The position numbers and the translations under genes were made by a program. From the NCBI GenBank assembly GCA_965209055.1, contig OZ242374.1:3104001-3168000 (forward strand): a stretch of DNA of 64,000 nt, read 5' to 3'. The stretch is from Acidobacteriota bacterium. GTDB lineage: Bacteria > Acidobacteriota > UBA6911 > RPQK01 > JAJDTT01. The notes beneath the pieces are model-generated. The model had not been told where the DNA came from. It searched no databases and worked only from the letters and a program-made list of their open reading frames with translations. Positions 21,100 to 30,595 of the stretch are shown in pieces. Each line of letters opens with the position of its first letter. The first letter of the stretch is position 1.

Positions 21100-21390
21100 A
21101 TGCCCATCGTTTTCTGTTCCCTTGAAATCTACCTCCCCTACAGCCGGTCTCTGAAGGAGAAGCGCAACGTGGTCCGCAAGACCGCGGACCGCCTGCGTTC
21201 CCGGCTCAACTTCTCCGTGGCCGAGATCGATTACCAGAATCTGCACCGGAGGGCCCGGCTCGGAGCGGTCTCGGTGGGACCCGACCGGGTGACTCTGGAA
21301 CGCGTTTCCAATCGGCTCATCCGGGAGAGCGAGAAGATTCTGGGAGGGGATCTGGTGGACTACCACGTCGAAATCTTCGATCATGACTGA
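21100..21390 (+). CDS. DUF503 (YlxP-like) protein
   Basis: SRSLKEKRNVV and FSVAEID motifs; conserved position after infB. Confidence 0.9.
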   Translation: MPIVFCSLEIYLPYSRSLKEKRNVVRKTADRLRSRLNFSVAEIDYQNLHRRARLGAVSVGPDRVTLERVSNRLIRESEKILGGDLVDYHVEIFDHD

Positions 21391-21470
21391 CGGCTCCTGG
21401 CCCGCGTTTCCACGAGATTCTCTCGCTCCCGCCCTTTTGGCCCCAGGGCCGTCTGTGCTAGATTTGGACG

Positions 21471-21779
21471 ATGATGCCTCGTAGAGCATCCGTGCACGCC
21501 GGACCCGCACGACGTGGCTCCGTCCGGCGCGCCTGGGTCGTCATCCTGACATTGGCAGTCACCGGTGCCGCAATCGCCGCGGCCATCTGCCACGAGGAGC
21601 ACGCATCCGGACACGACTGCACGGCCTGCCAGTTCCGGCATCAGCCCGCCGCCGAACTCTCCGGATCCTTGCAGATCGGTTTCTCGAACGTTTCGGCGCC
21701 GCTGAAGCACGCTGGCGACGGCGGATGGATCTCATCCGGTCATTCCCGCAGCCTCTCCGCCCGCGCACCCCCCGCCTAG
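21471..21779 (+). CDS. DUF2946/CruR-like leader peptide (TM segment, HDCxxC, C-terminal RAPP)
   Basis: Hydrophobic stretch VVILTLAVTGAAIAAAI, His/Cys cluster CHEEHASGHDCTACQ, and C-terminus SARAPPA. Confidence 0.7.
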   Translation: MMPRRASVHAGPARRGSVRRAWVVILTLAVTGAAIAAAICHEEHASGHDCTACQFRHQPAAELSGSLQIGFSNVSAPLKHAGDGGWISSGHSRSLSARAPPA

Positions 21780-22032
21780 TTCCCGTTACATGTTTAGTTC
21801 GCCTTTAGTACCGCCATCGCCGGCGATACCGCCCGATTCGGTGGTGCAGGCAAATGCGCCCCGTGCGACCGATGTGTTGCCCGGCGCCGCGCGGGCCCGC
21901 GACTTCCGGTACCGCCCAGGGGAACTCTTCCCCAGGTCCGGCGTCGGCGCACGTTCCATGAGGTTTCCATTCCCGGCGGCGGATCAGTGAACCGTTGGGA
22001 CTCAGGAAGGGGAATCCAAGAAGGAGAATCTG

Positions 22033-22233
22033 ATGAACCGATTGACAGCAACTGGCATTACAGAGACAGGGGACTGGCGAGCGCTCAACGACCGCCTCGT
22101 CGCCGCGCTCAAACCGTTCGCACCGCCGCTGGCTATCTCGTTCCACGGCGCCGGCGAGACGCTCGAGGCGACGGTCGGGCTCAACCGCGCGATGGCGCCC
22201 TGCGCCTCGGCGGACGCGAAACGGTTTGGATGA
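22033..22233 (+). pseudogene. Short ORF or truncated gene fragment with strong RBS
   Basis: AAGGAG RBS before the ATG; 66 aa; abuts the next gene; looks like an N-terminal remnant. Confidence 0.35.
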
Positions 22234-22237
22234 GCCG

Positions 22238-23365
22238 ATGGCGAAAAAAGTCCGGTCATTCGACATTGTCATCGTTGGCGCCGGGGCCGCCGGTCTCGGT
22301 CTTGGTGTGACGTTACGCGACCTCGGAATCGAGAACTTTGTGATTCTCGACCGCTCCGCCATCGGCGCCTCATTCCTGCGTTGGCCCCGGCAAACGCGCT
22401 TCATCACGCCGTCGTTCAACAGCAACCAGTTCGGCAGCCTGGACCTGAATGCCATCTGTCTGTACACCTCGCCGGCTTACTCGGTTGGCGTCGAGCACCC
22501 CACGGGGGAGGAGTACGCCAGCTATCTGCGAGGGGTTGCGAGGCATTTTAACTTGCCCGTGGAGACCGGGATCGACGTTCGCTCGGTCGCGAGGAGACCT
22601 CGATCCAACGGGTTTTGGGTGAAGACGAGTCGCGGCGACGCCCGCGCGCGGTTCGTGGTCTGGGCGGGCGGCGAAATGCAGTACCCGCGGACCCATTGCT
22701 TCCACGGCTCCGAGCTTTGCCTGCATTACTCCAATGTGACCTCATTTGACGATCTCAAAGGCGCCGAGAGATGCATCATCGGCGGTTCCGAGAGCGGCAT
22801 CGACGCCGCCGTCGCGCTCGCCGCCGCCGGTCGACGAGCCGTCGTCTTCGACCGCGAAGAGCCGTGGAAGCGAACAGGGCCGGACCCCAGCGAACTCTTG
22901 TCGCCCTTTACGAAGACGCGTCTGAATTCGGTAATTGACTCGGGTCGGGTGACGTTGCGCGGAGGCTGTCCGGTCATCGGCGTCAGCCGCAAGGACAATG
23001 GCTATCGGTTGGCGCTCAAGGACGGCGACGTCGTCCACTGCGCCGAGAAGCCGATTCTGGCCTCCGGATTCGCCGGTTCGGCAAGCCTCGTTCGCTCGTT
23101 GTTCGATTGGCGGGATGATGGTTTCCCGTTGCTGACGGAAAACGATGAGTCCACCGTGGCGAAAGGGCTATTCCTGGTGGGGCCGCAGGTGCGCCAGGAC
23201 GATATCATCTTTTGTTTCATCTACAAGTTCCGCCAGCGCTTCGCCGTGGTGGCCAACCAGATCGCCCAACGCCTGCGGATCAGCGTGGAGCCGCTCGAGG
23301 AGTACCGCCAGCACGGAATGTACCTCGACGATCTATCGTGCTGCAGTGATGATTGCGCTTGTTGA
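22238..23365 (+). CDS. NAD(P)/FAD-dependent oxidoreductase with Cys-rich C-terminus
   Basis: IVIVGAGAAG FAD-binding motif, second Rossmann IIGGSESGID, FCFIYKFRQRF, and ends CCSDDCAC. Confidence 0.9.
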   Translation: MAKKVRSFDIVIVGAGAAGLGLGVTLRDLGIENFVILDRSAIGASFLRWPRQTRFITPSFNSNQFGSLDLNAICLYTSPAYSVGVEHPTGEEYASYLRGVARHFNLPVETGIDVRSVARRPRSNGFWVKTSRGDARARFVVWAGGEMQYPRTHCFHGSELCLHYSNVTSFDDLKGAERCIIGGSESGIDAAVALAAAGRRAVVFDREEPWKRTGPDPSELLSPFTKTRLNSVIDSGRVTLRGGCPVIGVSRKDNGYRLALKDGDVVHCAEKPILASGFAGSASLVRSLFDWRDDGFPLLTENDESTVAKGLFLVGPQVRQDDIIFCFIYKFRQRFAVVANQIAQRLRISVEPLEEYRQHGMYLDDLSCCSDDCAC

Positions 23366-23377
23366 AGGAGCCGTGAA

Positions 23378-25006
23378 ATGCTCCGGACGTCACTTCGAAC
23401 TGTCGTTCTGTTGGGTAAAGAGAACGTCGGCAAGACGCAACTGGCCGCATCGCTGACGGGTGCGTCCAGCGCTGCCTCGAACTTCCGAGGCGCCAACGTC
23501 GGCTGCGACTCCTACCGAGTGGACGACTGGGAACTGATCGACACGCCCGGGCTGCTACGAAGCTCCGATGTTGAGACCACCCGGCTAGCCCTGGAGCGCC
23601 TGCGTGGCGATGATACCGTCCTACTGGTCGCCCAGGGAACCGAACTGGACGCAGACCTGGCCGACCTGATGCCGCTGGTAGCGGGTCGACTGGGCGCACT
23701 GGTCGTGACCCATCGGGACCGACTCGCCCGGCTGGAAGTGGAGGCGCGGCTGGGAGAGCTGGCGCGCCGGACGGGTTTGCCGGTGGTCTTCGTAGACGCT
23801 CGACGACTGGACCCCAACGACCGTCAAGGGCTGATGCAGGCGCTGGAAGCGCCCGGCACGATCCCCGCCGAAGCTGGTTTGAGCTTCCGCGATCTGATCG
23901 TCCGTCCGCGCCCTCTTTTCCTGGATCGCTCCGCCCTCGGGCCATTCTGGGCGCTGCTGCTGTTGTTGACTCCCGCCTGGGTCGCGGTGGATGCCGCTAG
24001 TCGTCTCGCGGACCGAATCGACCCCTGGGTTCGCGTCCCGACTGAACTGCTGGCCGGGTTGTTGGCGAGCTGGCCGCAGCCGCTTGCGGAGATCCTGGCC
24101 GGCGACTACGGCTTTGTCACGATGGGGCCGCTGCTGTTGGTGTGGGCGACTCCGCTGGTCGTGCTCCATGCGCTGCTGATGGGTGCGTACAAGGCGAGCG
24201 GCTTGCTTGATCGCCTGACAACCGCCATGAATCCGTGGCTGCGGCCGTTCGGCATGACGGGCCGGGAGTTGGCGCGCGTCGTGATGGGTTTCGGCTGCAA
24301 CGTGCCCGCCGTCATCAGCGCGCGCTCGTCGTCGGCTTGCTCGCGCGGCGTATGCGTCTCGGCCATCGCTTTCGGTTCGGCCTGTTCGTATCAGTTGGGA
24401 GCCACGCTGGCGGTCTTCGCCGCGGCGGGACGACCCGGGTTGATCGTATTCTACCTGCTCTATCTCGGCGTTACGACTCTCGCCTACTCCCGCCTCAGCG
24501 CACCTCCGGCGGCTCGTTCTCCCTTCAATGTGCTGTTGACGGAGGGCCGGGTATTCTTGACCTGGCCGCGCCCGCGCGCCGTCTGGCTTGAGGCGCAGGG
24601 CGTTGTTGGGGAGTTCTTTCGCAGGGCCTTGCCGATCTTCTTTCTGATCACAGCCGCAGCTTCTCTGTTGCATTGGCTGGGCGCGCTGCAAGCTGCGTCG
24701 GCCGTCGTCGAGCCGGCGATGGCCGCCTTTCGATTGCCCTCGGAGGCGGCCCTGGCGGTGGTTTTGGCGAGCGTGCGCAAGGACGGCATCCTGCTGCTGG
24801 CGGAGCCGGGCGTCGCCGCAAGCCTCAGCGCCGTCCAACTGTTGACGGCCGTCTACCTGGCCGGCGTGCTACTGCCTTGTCTGGTCACCTGTTTGACGAT
24901 TGCGCGCGAGCAGGGTCGCGGATTCGCGCTGCGGTTGGTGGGTCGGCAGGCTGTGGCAGCCACCGGGTTCAGCGCTTTGCTGGCGTGGGGCGGCGCATGG
25001 CTGTGA
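23378..25006 (+). CDS. FeoB-like protein: small GTPase domain fused to gate/nucleoside-recognition membrane domain
   Basis: GKENVGKT (G1), SNFRG, IDTPG (G3), THRD (G4-like), MGFGCNVPA and LLPCLVT; many TM helices; shorter than canonical FeoB. Confidence 0.85.
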   Translation: MLRTSLRTVVLLGKENVGKTQLAASLTGASSAASNFRGANVGCDSYRVDDWELIDTPGLLRSSDVETTRLALERLRGDDTVLLVAQGTELDADLADLMPLVAGRLGALVVTHRDRLARLEVEARLGELARRTGLPVVFVDARRLDPNDRQGLMQALEAPGTIPAEAGLSFRDLIVRPRPLFLDRSALGPFWALLLLLTPAWVAVDAASRLADRIDPWVRVPTELLAGLLASWPQPLAEILAGDYGFVTMGPLLLVWATPLVVLHALLMGAYKASGLLDRLTTAMNPWLRPFGMTGRELARVVMGFGCNVPAVISARSSSACSRGVCVSAIAFGSACSYQLGATLAVFAAAGRPGLIVFYLLYLGVTTLAYSRLSAPPAARSPFNVLLTEGRVFLTWPRPRAVWLEAQGVVGEFFRRALPIFFLITAAASLLHWLGALQAASAVVEPAMAAFRLPSEAALAVVLASVRKDGILLLAEPGVAASLSAVQLLTAVYLAGVLLPCLVTCLTIAREQGRGFALRLVGRQAVAATGFSALLAWGGAWL

Positions 25007-25617
25007 GCCCGATCATCGGCGCCCACCGGCGCAAGGGGCAAAAACTGCTGCACCGGCAGTGCTGGAACTGGGGCCGGGACATCGAGCGTCCGGAAGGCAA
25101 CCTCCTGCTCGAAGCGGGCTTCCTCAAGAGACGGCCGCCCGAAGGAGCAGTAGGATCGAGCTGCTATACGCTCACGCTGTCCGACGGCGACATCCTCATG
25201 GTGTGGGGTTTCGGCCTCCTGTACGGAACGCTGCACAAGGGCGGCGTCTTCCTCAACCGCTACGAGTTTCACCCCCTATGGCTGCCGTTGGAGATGGTCC
25301 GGGAGCCCATTTGGAGGCCCGACATGATCCCGGCTGCACAGACGCCTCCGTCGCCCCGCGTACCGGTTGACTTGACCGTCGCCGCCATTCGGCGCATCGC
25401 GGACTATGAGGAGTGGGCGCTCGCGCGCTGCGGTCTGGAGTATCGTCGCGCCATTCTGCGCCAATGGAAACGGCCTTCCGAGCGACTGCCGCCGCAGACC
25501 GTTCCTCAGGCTTGGCGCTCGCTCGCCGATGCAATCGACGGCCAACCGCACCTGCATCCCCCGCGCCGACCTGTCCCAGCGGCAGACGGGCCGTCTTTCG
25601 GCGAGGTTCGGGACTAG
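25003..25617 (+). CDS. Hypothetical protein
   Basis: GTG start overlaps the previous stop (GTGA); protein-like sequence (QCWNWGRDI, VWGFGLLY). Confidence 0.6.
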   Translation: MSPIIGAHRRKGQKLLHRQCWNWGRDIERPEGNLLLEAGFLKRRPPEGAVGSSCYTLTLSDGDILMVWGFGLLYGTLHKGGVFLNRYEFHPLWLPLEMVREPIWRPDMIPAAQTPPSPRVPVDLTVAAIRRIADYEEWALARCGLEYRRAILRQWKRPSERLPPQTVPQAWRSLADAIDGQPHLHPPRRPVPAADGPSFGEVRD

Positions 25618-25780
25618 GAGCCTGTCCGAGAACTCGGCGTTGACCGATCCGGCGTCGTTCGCAGCCTTCGCCTGCCAAGAGCTGGGCCTGTTTTGCCAAG
25701 GGCTGGTATGCTCTCCCCGCACTCCTGGTGCGGCGCACCGAACTCACGGATTCGGTGTGTCGCGACGCAGGCACGGCGCC

Positions 25781-26755
25781 ATGCTCGAGGAAATCGTCCG
25801 CTTCACCCGGGATCACCATCGCTTCGCCGTCACTTCTCACGCTCGCCCCGACGGGGATTCCATCGGGTCGGAGCTGGGATTGGGACTGGCCCTGGAAGCT
25901 CTTGGAAAGACGGTCACCATCGTCAACGCCGATCGCGTGCCGCGGGTCTACCGCTGGCTCCCAGGCGCCGAACGAATTCGGACCGTCGACCGGTTGGAAG
26001 GGAATTGGGACGCCGTCTACGTCCTGGAGTGCAACGACCTGAACCGCCCCGGGGTCCGGAACCTGGATCGCTATCCGGTGGTCAACATCGATCACCATGC
26101 CCGCACCGAACCGTTCGGGACCTTCAACTGGGTGGACTCGGGAGCCGCGGCCGTCGCCGAAATGGTGTACCGGCTCCTGTTGGAACTGGAGGTGGCCGTC
26201 ACGCCCGAAATCGCCACCAATCTCTATGTGGCGATTCTGACCGACACCGGCTCGTTTCGGTTTTCCAGCACTCACGCCGGGACCTTCCACACGGCTGCCC
26301 GCCTGACCGAAGCGGGGGCGGACCCGGGCTGGATCGCCCAGCAGGTCTACATGAACCAGCCGCGATCCCGGGTGGGTCTGCTGGTCAAGGTCCTGGACAC
26401 TTTGGAGATCCATCCCTCCGGGAGGATCGCGTCGATCTACCTGTCGCAATCCATGTTGGCCGAAGCCGGAGCCACCGAAGAGGACGCTGAGGGTCTCGTG
26501 AACTATGCCCTGGGTCTGGAGGGCATCCGGATGGCGGCCTTGGTCCGCCAGGGCAGGGACGGTCAGGTTCGGGTCAGCCTGCGTTCCAAGGGAGACTACG
26601 ACGTAGGGTTCGTGGCGTCCCGATTGGGTGGTGGAGGGCACCGAAATGCGGCCGGCCTGAGAATGGAGGGAGACACGGCCCATGTGGCCGCGGAAGTCCT
26701 GGGCCGCCTGGAGCAGCTCTTGGATCCGGTTGACCAGGGGTCCCCGGCATCTTGA
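25781..26755 (+). CDS. nrnA: DHH/DHHA1 phosphoesterase (NrnA-like oligoribonuclease/pAp phosphatase)
   Basis: SHARPDGDSIGS, NIDHH, ILTDTGSF, VSLRSK and GGGGHRNAAG. Confidence 0.9.
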   Translation: MLEEIVRFTRDHHRFAVTSHARPDGDSIGSELGLGLALEALGKTVTIVNADRVPRVYRWLPGAERIRTVDRLEGNWDAVYVLECNDLNRPGVRNLDRYPVVNIDHHARTEPFGTFNWVDSGAAAVAEMVYRLLLELEVAVTPEIATNLYVAILTDTGSFRFSSTHAGTFHTAARLTEAGADPGWIAQQVYMNQPRSRVGLLVKVLDTLEIHPSGRIASIYLSQSMLAEAGATEEDAEGLVNYALGLEGIRMAALVRQGRDGQVRVSLRSKGDYDVGFVASRLGGGGHRNAAGLRMEGDTAHVAAEVLGRLEQLLDPVDQGSPAS

Positions 26756-27690
26756 GCAGACGGCGAACCCGGCGGCGCAGGGCCGCAAGCAATGCCGCCG
26801 GCCGCTTTCGAAGCGGCTCGCGCGGTCCCGCTCCGGACGGTGTCCTGGTCATCGACAAGCCGGAGGGCCCCACCTCCCATGACGTCGTGGAATCGGCGCG
26901 GCGCTCGCTCGGGACCCGCGCGGGGCACACCGGCACCCTGGATCCCCTGGCGACCGGGGTCCTTCCCCTGGTCCTGGGAAAGGCGACTCGGCTGAGCCGT
27001 TTCTACCAGAACCAGGACAAGGAGTACCTGGCCGGAATCGGTCTGGGGAGAGCGACCGAAACCTATGACCGGGAGGGAGCGGTGGTCCGGGAAGGTCCGG
27101 TTCCCGACCTCTCGACCCGGGAGGTTCGGGAGTTGTTGGATCGATTCGTGGGCGAAATCCCCCAGCGTCCGCCGCTCTACTCGGCCGTTCGGGTCGGGGG
27201 CCGCCGGCTCTACGAATTGGCCCGGCGCAAGCAGCAGGGAGAGCCTCCCCTCCGCCAAGTCAGGATTCATGGAATCGAGTTGTTGGAACGGGGCAGGGAG
27301 GAGTGGACGCTCCAGGTTCACTGTTCCGCCGGAACCTACATCCGATCCCTGGCTCACGACCTGGGCGAAGTGATCGGCTGCGGGGCTTTTCTGGAGAGTC
27401 TGAGACGGATTCGCTCCGGTTCCTTCGACCTGTCCCGGGCGGTATCGCCCGAACGGATGGGGGAGGAATGGGAGCGCGCCCATTTCCCCCTGGAGGCGCT
27501 GCTTCCGGAGCTTCCCCAGGTCGAGTTGGAGGATCCCGAAGCGAAGCGGGTCCGTCACGGGGGACAGGTCGTTGTCGATCCGCCTCTCCCCGGCGGCTGG
27601 TGCCGGATCTTGCACGGGGGCCGCCTGGTGGCCCTCGGAGAAACGGACGCCGCGACGATTCAACCTTCAATCGTCCTGGACCCGCTGTAG
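26752..27690 (+). CDS. truB: tRNA pseudouridine(55) synthase TruB
   Basis: IDKPEGPTSHDVV, GHTGTLDPLATGVL, PPLYSA and CSAGTYIRSLAHDLG. Confidence 0.97.
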   Translation: MSRRRTRRRRAASNAAGRFRSGSRGPAPDGVLVIDKPEGPTSHDVVESARRSLGTRAGHTGTLDPLATGVLPLVLGKATRLSRFYQNQDKEYLAGIGLGRATETYDREGAVVREGPVPDLSTREVRELLDRFVGEIPQRPPLYSAVRVGGRRLYELARRKQQGEPPLRQVRIHGIELLERGREEWTLQVHCSAGTYIRSLAHDLGEVIGCGAFLESLRRIRSGSFDLSRAVSPERMGEEWERAHFPLEALLPELPQVELEDPEAKRVRHGGQVVVDPPLPGGWCRILHGGRLVALGETDAATIQPSIVLDPL

Positions 27691-27704
27691 GGAAATCGAG
27701 AGGG

Positions 27705-28478
27705 ATGCCGGTGAAAGGGACCTTTCCGGAATTGGCGCCGCTGGTGGAAAGGCTGCGCGGGCGGCCGCGCTTCCTGGTCTTCACGGGAGCGGGCATCTCC
27801 ACGGGATCCGGGATCCCCGACTTCCGGGGACCCCAGGGCGTCTGGAAGAAATGGACGCCGGTTTACTACCAGGAGTTCCTGAATTCCCGTGAGGCGCGGA
27901 TCCGGCACTGGCAGTACAAGCTGGAGGGCTGGGAGGGGTTCCGGGACGCCATGCCCAACGCGGCCCATCGTGCGTTGTCGCGCCTGGACCGGCAGGGGCG
28001 TCTCGATGCCGTGGTCACACAGAACATCGACGGCCTTCACCAGTTGGCCGGACATCCCCCGGGAAGAGTCATCGAGTTGCACGGAACCAATCGGATGGTG
28101 GAGTGCACCGGCTGCGGCCTCCGGCAAGACCCGGACCCCGTCTATTCGGAGTTCGCCCGAACCGGCGATCCACCCCGCTGTTCCTGCGGCGGTTACCTGA
28201 AGCCGGCGACCGTCTCCTTCGGCCAGGCCATGCCCCGGGACAAATTGGCGTCGGCTTTTGAGGCGGCCGCCCGGGCCCAGGTGGTCTGCTCCATCGGATC
28301 CACGCTGGAAGTGGAACCGGCGGCCTCGGTGCCCCGGGCGGCCCGGCAGGGAGGCGCCTTCTACGCCATCATCAATCGAGGCGAAACCGCGCACGATCAC
28401 ATCGCCGATCTGAAGGTCGAAGCGGACGTCAACCGGATCCTGCCGGCGCTGGCCGAGCGGCTGGCGCGCCTCTCTTGA
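27705..28478 (+). CDS. Sirtuin (Sir2/CobB family) NAD-dependent deacylase
   Basis: TGAGISTGSGIPDFRG, TQNIDGLHQ, ELHG, Zn-binding CxxC...CxC and IINRGET. Confidence 0.95.
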   Translation: MPVKGTFPELAPLVERLRGRPRFLVFTGAGISTGSGIPDFRGPQGVWKKWTPVYYQEFLNSREARIRHWQYKLEGWEGFRDAMPNAAHRALSRLDRQGRLDAVVTQNIDGLHQLAGHPPGRVIELHGTNRMVECTGCGLRQDPDPVYSEFARTGDPPRCSCGGYLKPATVSFGQAMPRDKLASAFEAAARAQVVCSIGSTLEVEPAASVPRAARQGGAFYAIINRGETAHDHIADLKVEADVNRILPALAERLARLS

Positions 28479-28532
28479 TCCCCTCTTTCCCGCCGTAATA
28501 GACTGACGCGTCCCCGGCGCCAGAATTCTCCC

Positions 28533-29420
28533 ATGACCCCTCACGACCCCATCCACGTCTGTTGGACCATCGACTGCGAGGCCACCCAGGAGGCCATCGA
28601 CAACACCGCGTTGGGCATTCGCTCTCTTCGGGGTTTTTGCGACCTGTTGCTGGCGAGCGGTTGCGCCGGCACCCTGTTCGTGGTTCCGGGAGACGCCCGG
28701 GCCTATCCCTCGCTCCTGCGGGAGCTGGCCGGCGCCGGGTTCCAGATCGGCCTTCACTTCCATCCCCAGGAGGAGGGGCACCAGGACTATTGCGGCGCCT
28801 ATACGGCCGAGGAACAGTACGCCATGTACCGCCGAGCCCTGGATCAGTTTGCCGACGCGGTCGGATTTGTCCCCGAGACCTTTCGAACCGGGAACTGTTC
28901 GGCGAACGACTCCACTTTCCCGGTGACCGAGAACCTGGGATTCACCAGTTGCTCCCATTCCATGCCGGGACGAAACATGCCCGGGCTCCGGAGCAACTGG
29001 GTCAACGCTCCCCTGAGCGTCCACTCGACTCACCGCGCGAACCGGCTCCTGGAGGGAGACATGCGGCTGGTGGAGGTCCCCGTCACCACCGATCCCGACT
29101 CCATGCTCTGGTCCGGAGGGCATCCCCAGGACCTCCGGGTGGAACTGTTCGACGCCAAGAACCACCGCTACATGATCGAAAAGGTCCTGTCGAGGGAGCA
29201 GGCCCGGCCTCCCGGCCTGGTCCGGACGTTGGTGGTCCTGACCCACAACATCTTCGACTATTCGGACCCCGCGGATTTTCGCCGGCACACCCTGCAACAG
29301 ATGATCCGCGACTTTGGACAACTGGCGGAGCAGAAGGCAATCGAGCTGACTCCCTCGACCATCGGCGCGGCGGCCAGGGCTCACCGGCGCGCCGCCGGAA
29401 CCGGACAGGAGGTCCACTGA
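28533..29420 (+). CDS. Polysaccharide deacetylase-like (NodB/CE4 fold) protein
   Basis: WTIDCE, TLFV, IGLHFHP, FRTG and VLTHN metal/catalytic-type motifs. Confidence 0.7.
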   Translation: MTPHDPIHVCWTIDCEATQEAIDNTALGIRSLRGFCDLLLASGCAGTLFVVPGDARAYPSLLRELAGAGFQIGLHFHPQEEGHQDYCGAYTAEEQYAMYRRALDQFADAVGFVPETFRTGNCSANDSTFPVTENLGFTSCSHSMPGRNMPGLRSNWVNAPLSVHSTHRANRLLEGDMRLVEVPVTTDPDSMLWSGGHPQDLRVELFDAKNHRYMIEKVLSREQARPPGLVRTLVVLTHNIFDYSDPADFRRHTLQQMIRDFGQLAEQKAIELTPSTIGAAARAHRRAAGTGQEVH

Positions 29421-30595
29421 TGGGTGCCGGGCAATCCTCCTATCCCATTCGAGAGATCCCCTTCGGATCCATGGGCGGTCTCTACGACCAGGACGACGTC
29501 CAGGCCGCGCTGGAGGTGATTCAAGCGGCAGCGGGTGCCGGCGGCAGCTTCTTCCCCCTCCCCGAGGAGGGGGATTTTCAGAACGCCTTCGCCCGCCACG
29601 AGGGGGCGGACCATGCGGTGGCGGTCAACAGTTGCGGCACCGCCCTGGATCTCTGCATGATGGCGCTGGGCGTGGGTCCCGGAGACGAGGTGATCACCAC
29701 CCCCCTCACCTTCGTCTGCACCGCCACCTGCGCACTGGCCCGGGGCGCCGAAGTGGTCCTGGCCGACGTGGACCCCGACACCCTCTGCCTGGATCCGGTC
29801 CAGGCGCGCCGCCGCATGACCGACCGGACCCGGGCCGTGATCCCCGTACACTTCGCCGGTCTGGCCGCCGACTGCGGCGCGTTCGAGCGCCTCACGCGCG
29901 AAACCGGAGTGGCCGTGGTCTACGACGCCGCCCACGCCGTCTCCACCAAGTGGCAAGGACGGCCCATCGGCGGCTTCGGACAGGCCAGTTGCTACAGCTT
30001 CCAGTCCAACAAGAACATGACGACCCTGGGGGAAGGAGGCGCCGTGACGACGGACGACGACGAGTTCGCCGAGAGCGTCCGCCGGATGAAGACCTTCGGC
30101 TATGTTTACGGCAAGGAGACCCGTGTGGTCACCGTTGGATTCAACTACCGGATGACCAAGGTCCAGGCGGCGGTGGGAATCTCGCAACTCAGGAAGATCG
30201 ACCGGGTGGTGGCCCGCCGCCTCGAGGTCTTCCGCGAGATGCACCGGCAATTGGAAGGGGTGGAGGAGATCATCCGTCCCGCCGGGATCGAGCCCGGACA
30301 CGGGTGCCACCTCTATGTGTGCCGCTTGGACACCGACCGGGTGCCTTTCGGCCGGGACGCTTTTCTGGGGACTCTCAAGCAGAAGTACCGGGTGAGTTGC
30401 GGCATCCATTACCCGCCGGTCTGGAACTGGGACGTCATGGCGCGGCGGGGCTACGGCGAGGCCGCGGCCGGCTGTCCCGCGGCGGCGCTGGCCGGGGATC
30501 AGGTCTTCAGCCTGCCCCTGTTTCCCCAGACCACGAACGAGGACTGCGCCTACCTGGCCTGGGCCCTGAAACAGAGTCTCCTGGAAACCGCATGA
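29420..30595 (+). CDS. DegT/DnrJ/EryC1/StrS PLP-dependent sugar aminotransferase
   Basis: AVNSCGTAL, GPGDEVIT, PVHFAG, YDAAHA, SFQSNKNMTTLGEGGA, GFNYRMT and LPLFP. Confidence 0.95.
   Translation: MGAGQSSYPIREIPFGSMGGLYDQDDVQAALEVIQAAAGAGGSFFPLPEEGDFQNAFARHEGADHAVAVNSCGTALDLCMMALGVGPGDEVITTPLTFVCTATCALARGAEVVLADVDPDTLCLDPVQARRRMTDRTRAVIPVHFAGLAADCGAFERLTRETGVAVVYDAAHAVSTKWQGRPIGGFGQASCYSFQSNKNMTTLGEGGAVTTDDDEFAESVRRMKTFGYVYGKETRVVTVGFNYRMTKVQAAVGISQLRKIDRVVARRLEVFREMHRQLEGVEEIIRPAGIEPGHGCHLYVCRLDTDRVPFGRDAFLGTLKQKYRVSCGIHYPPVWNWDVMARRGYGEAAAGCPAAALAGDQVFSLPLFPQTTNEDCAYLAWALKQSLLETA

Noticed and set aside
47-21154. Long ORFs such as 47..916, 3574..5460, 16577..18916, 18669..21107 and 19463..21154
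   Set aside because: These are antisense or alternate-frame shadows of well-supported genes in high-GC DNA, with no motifs.
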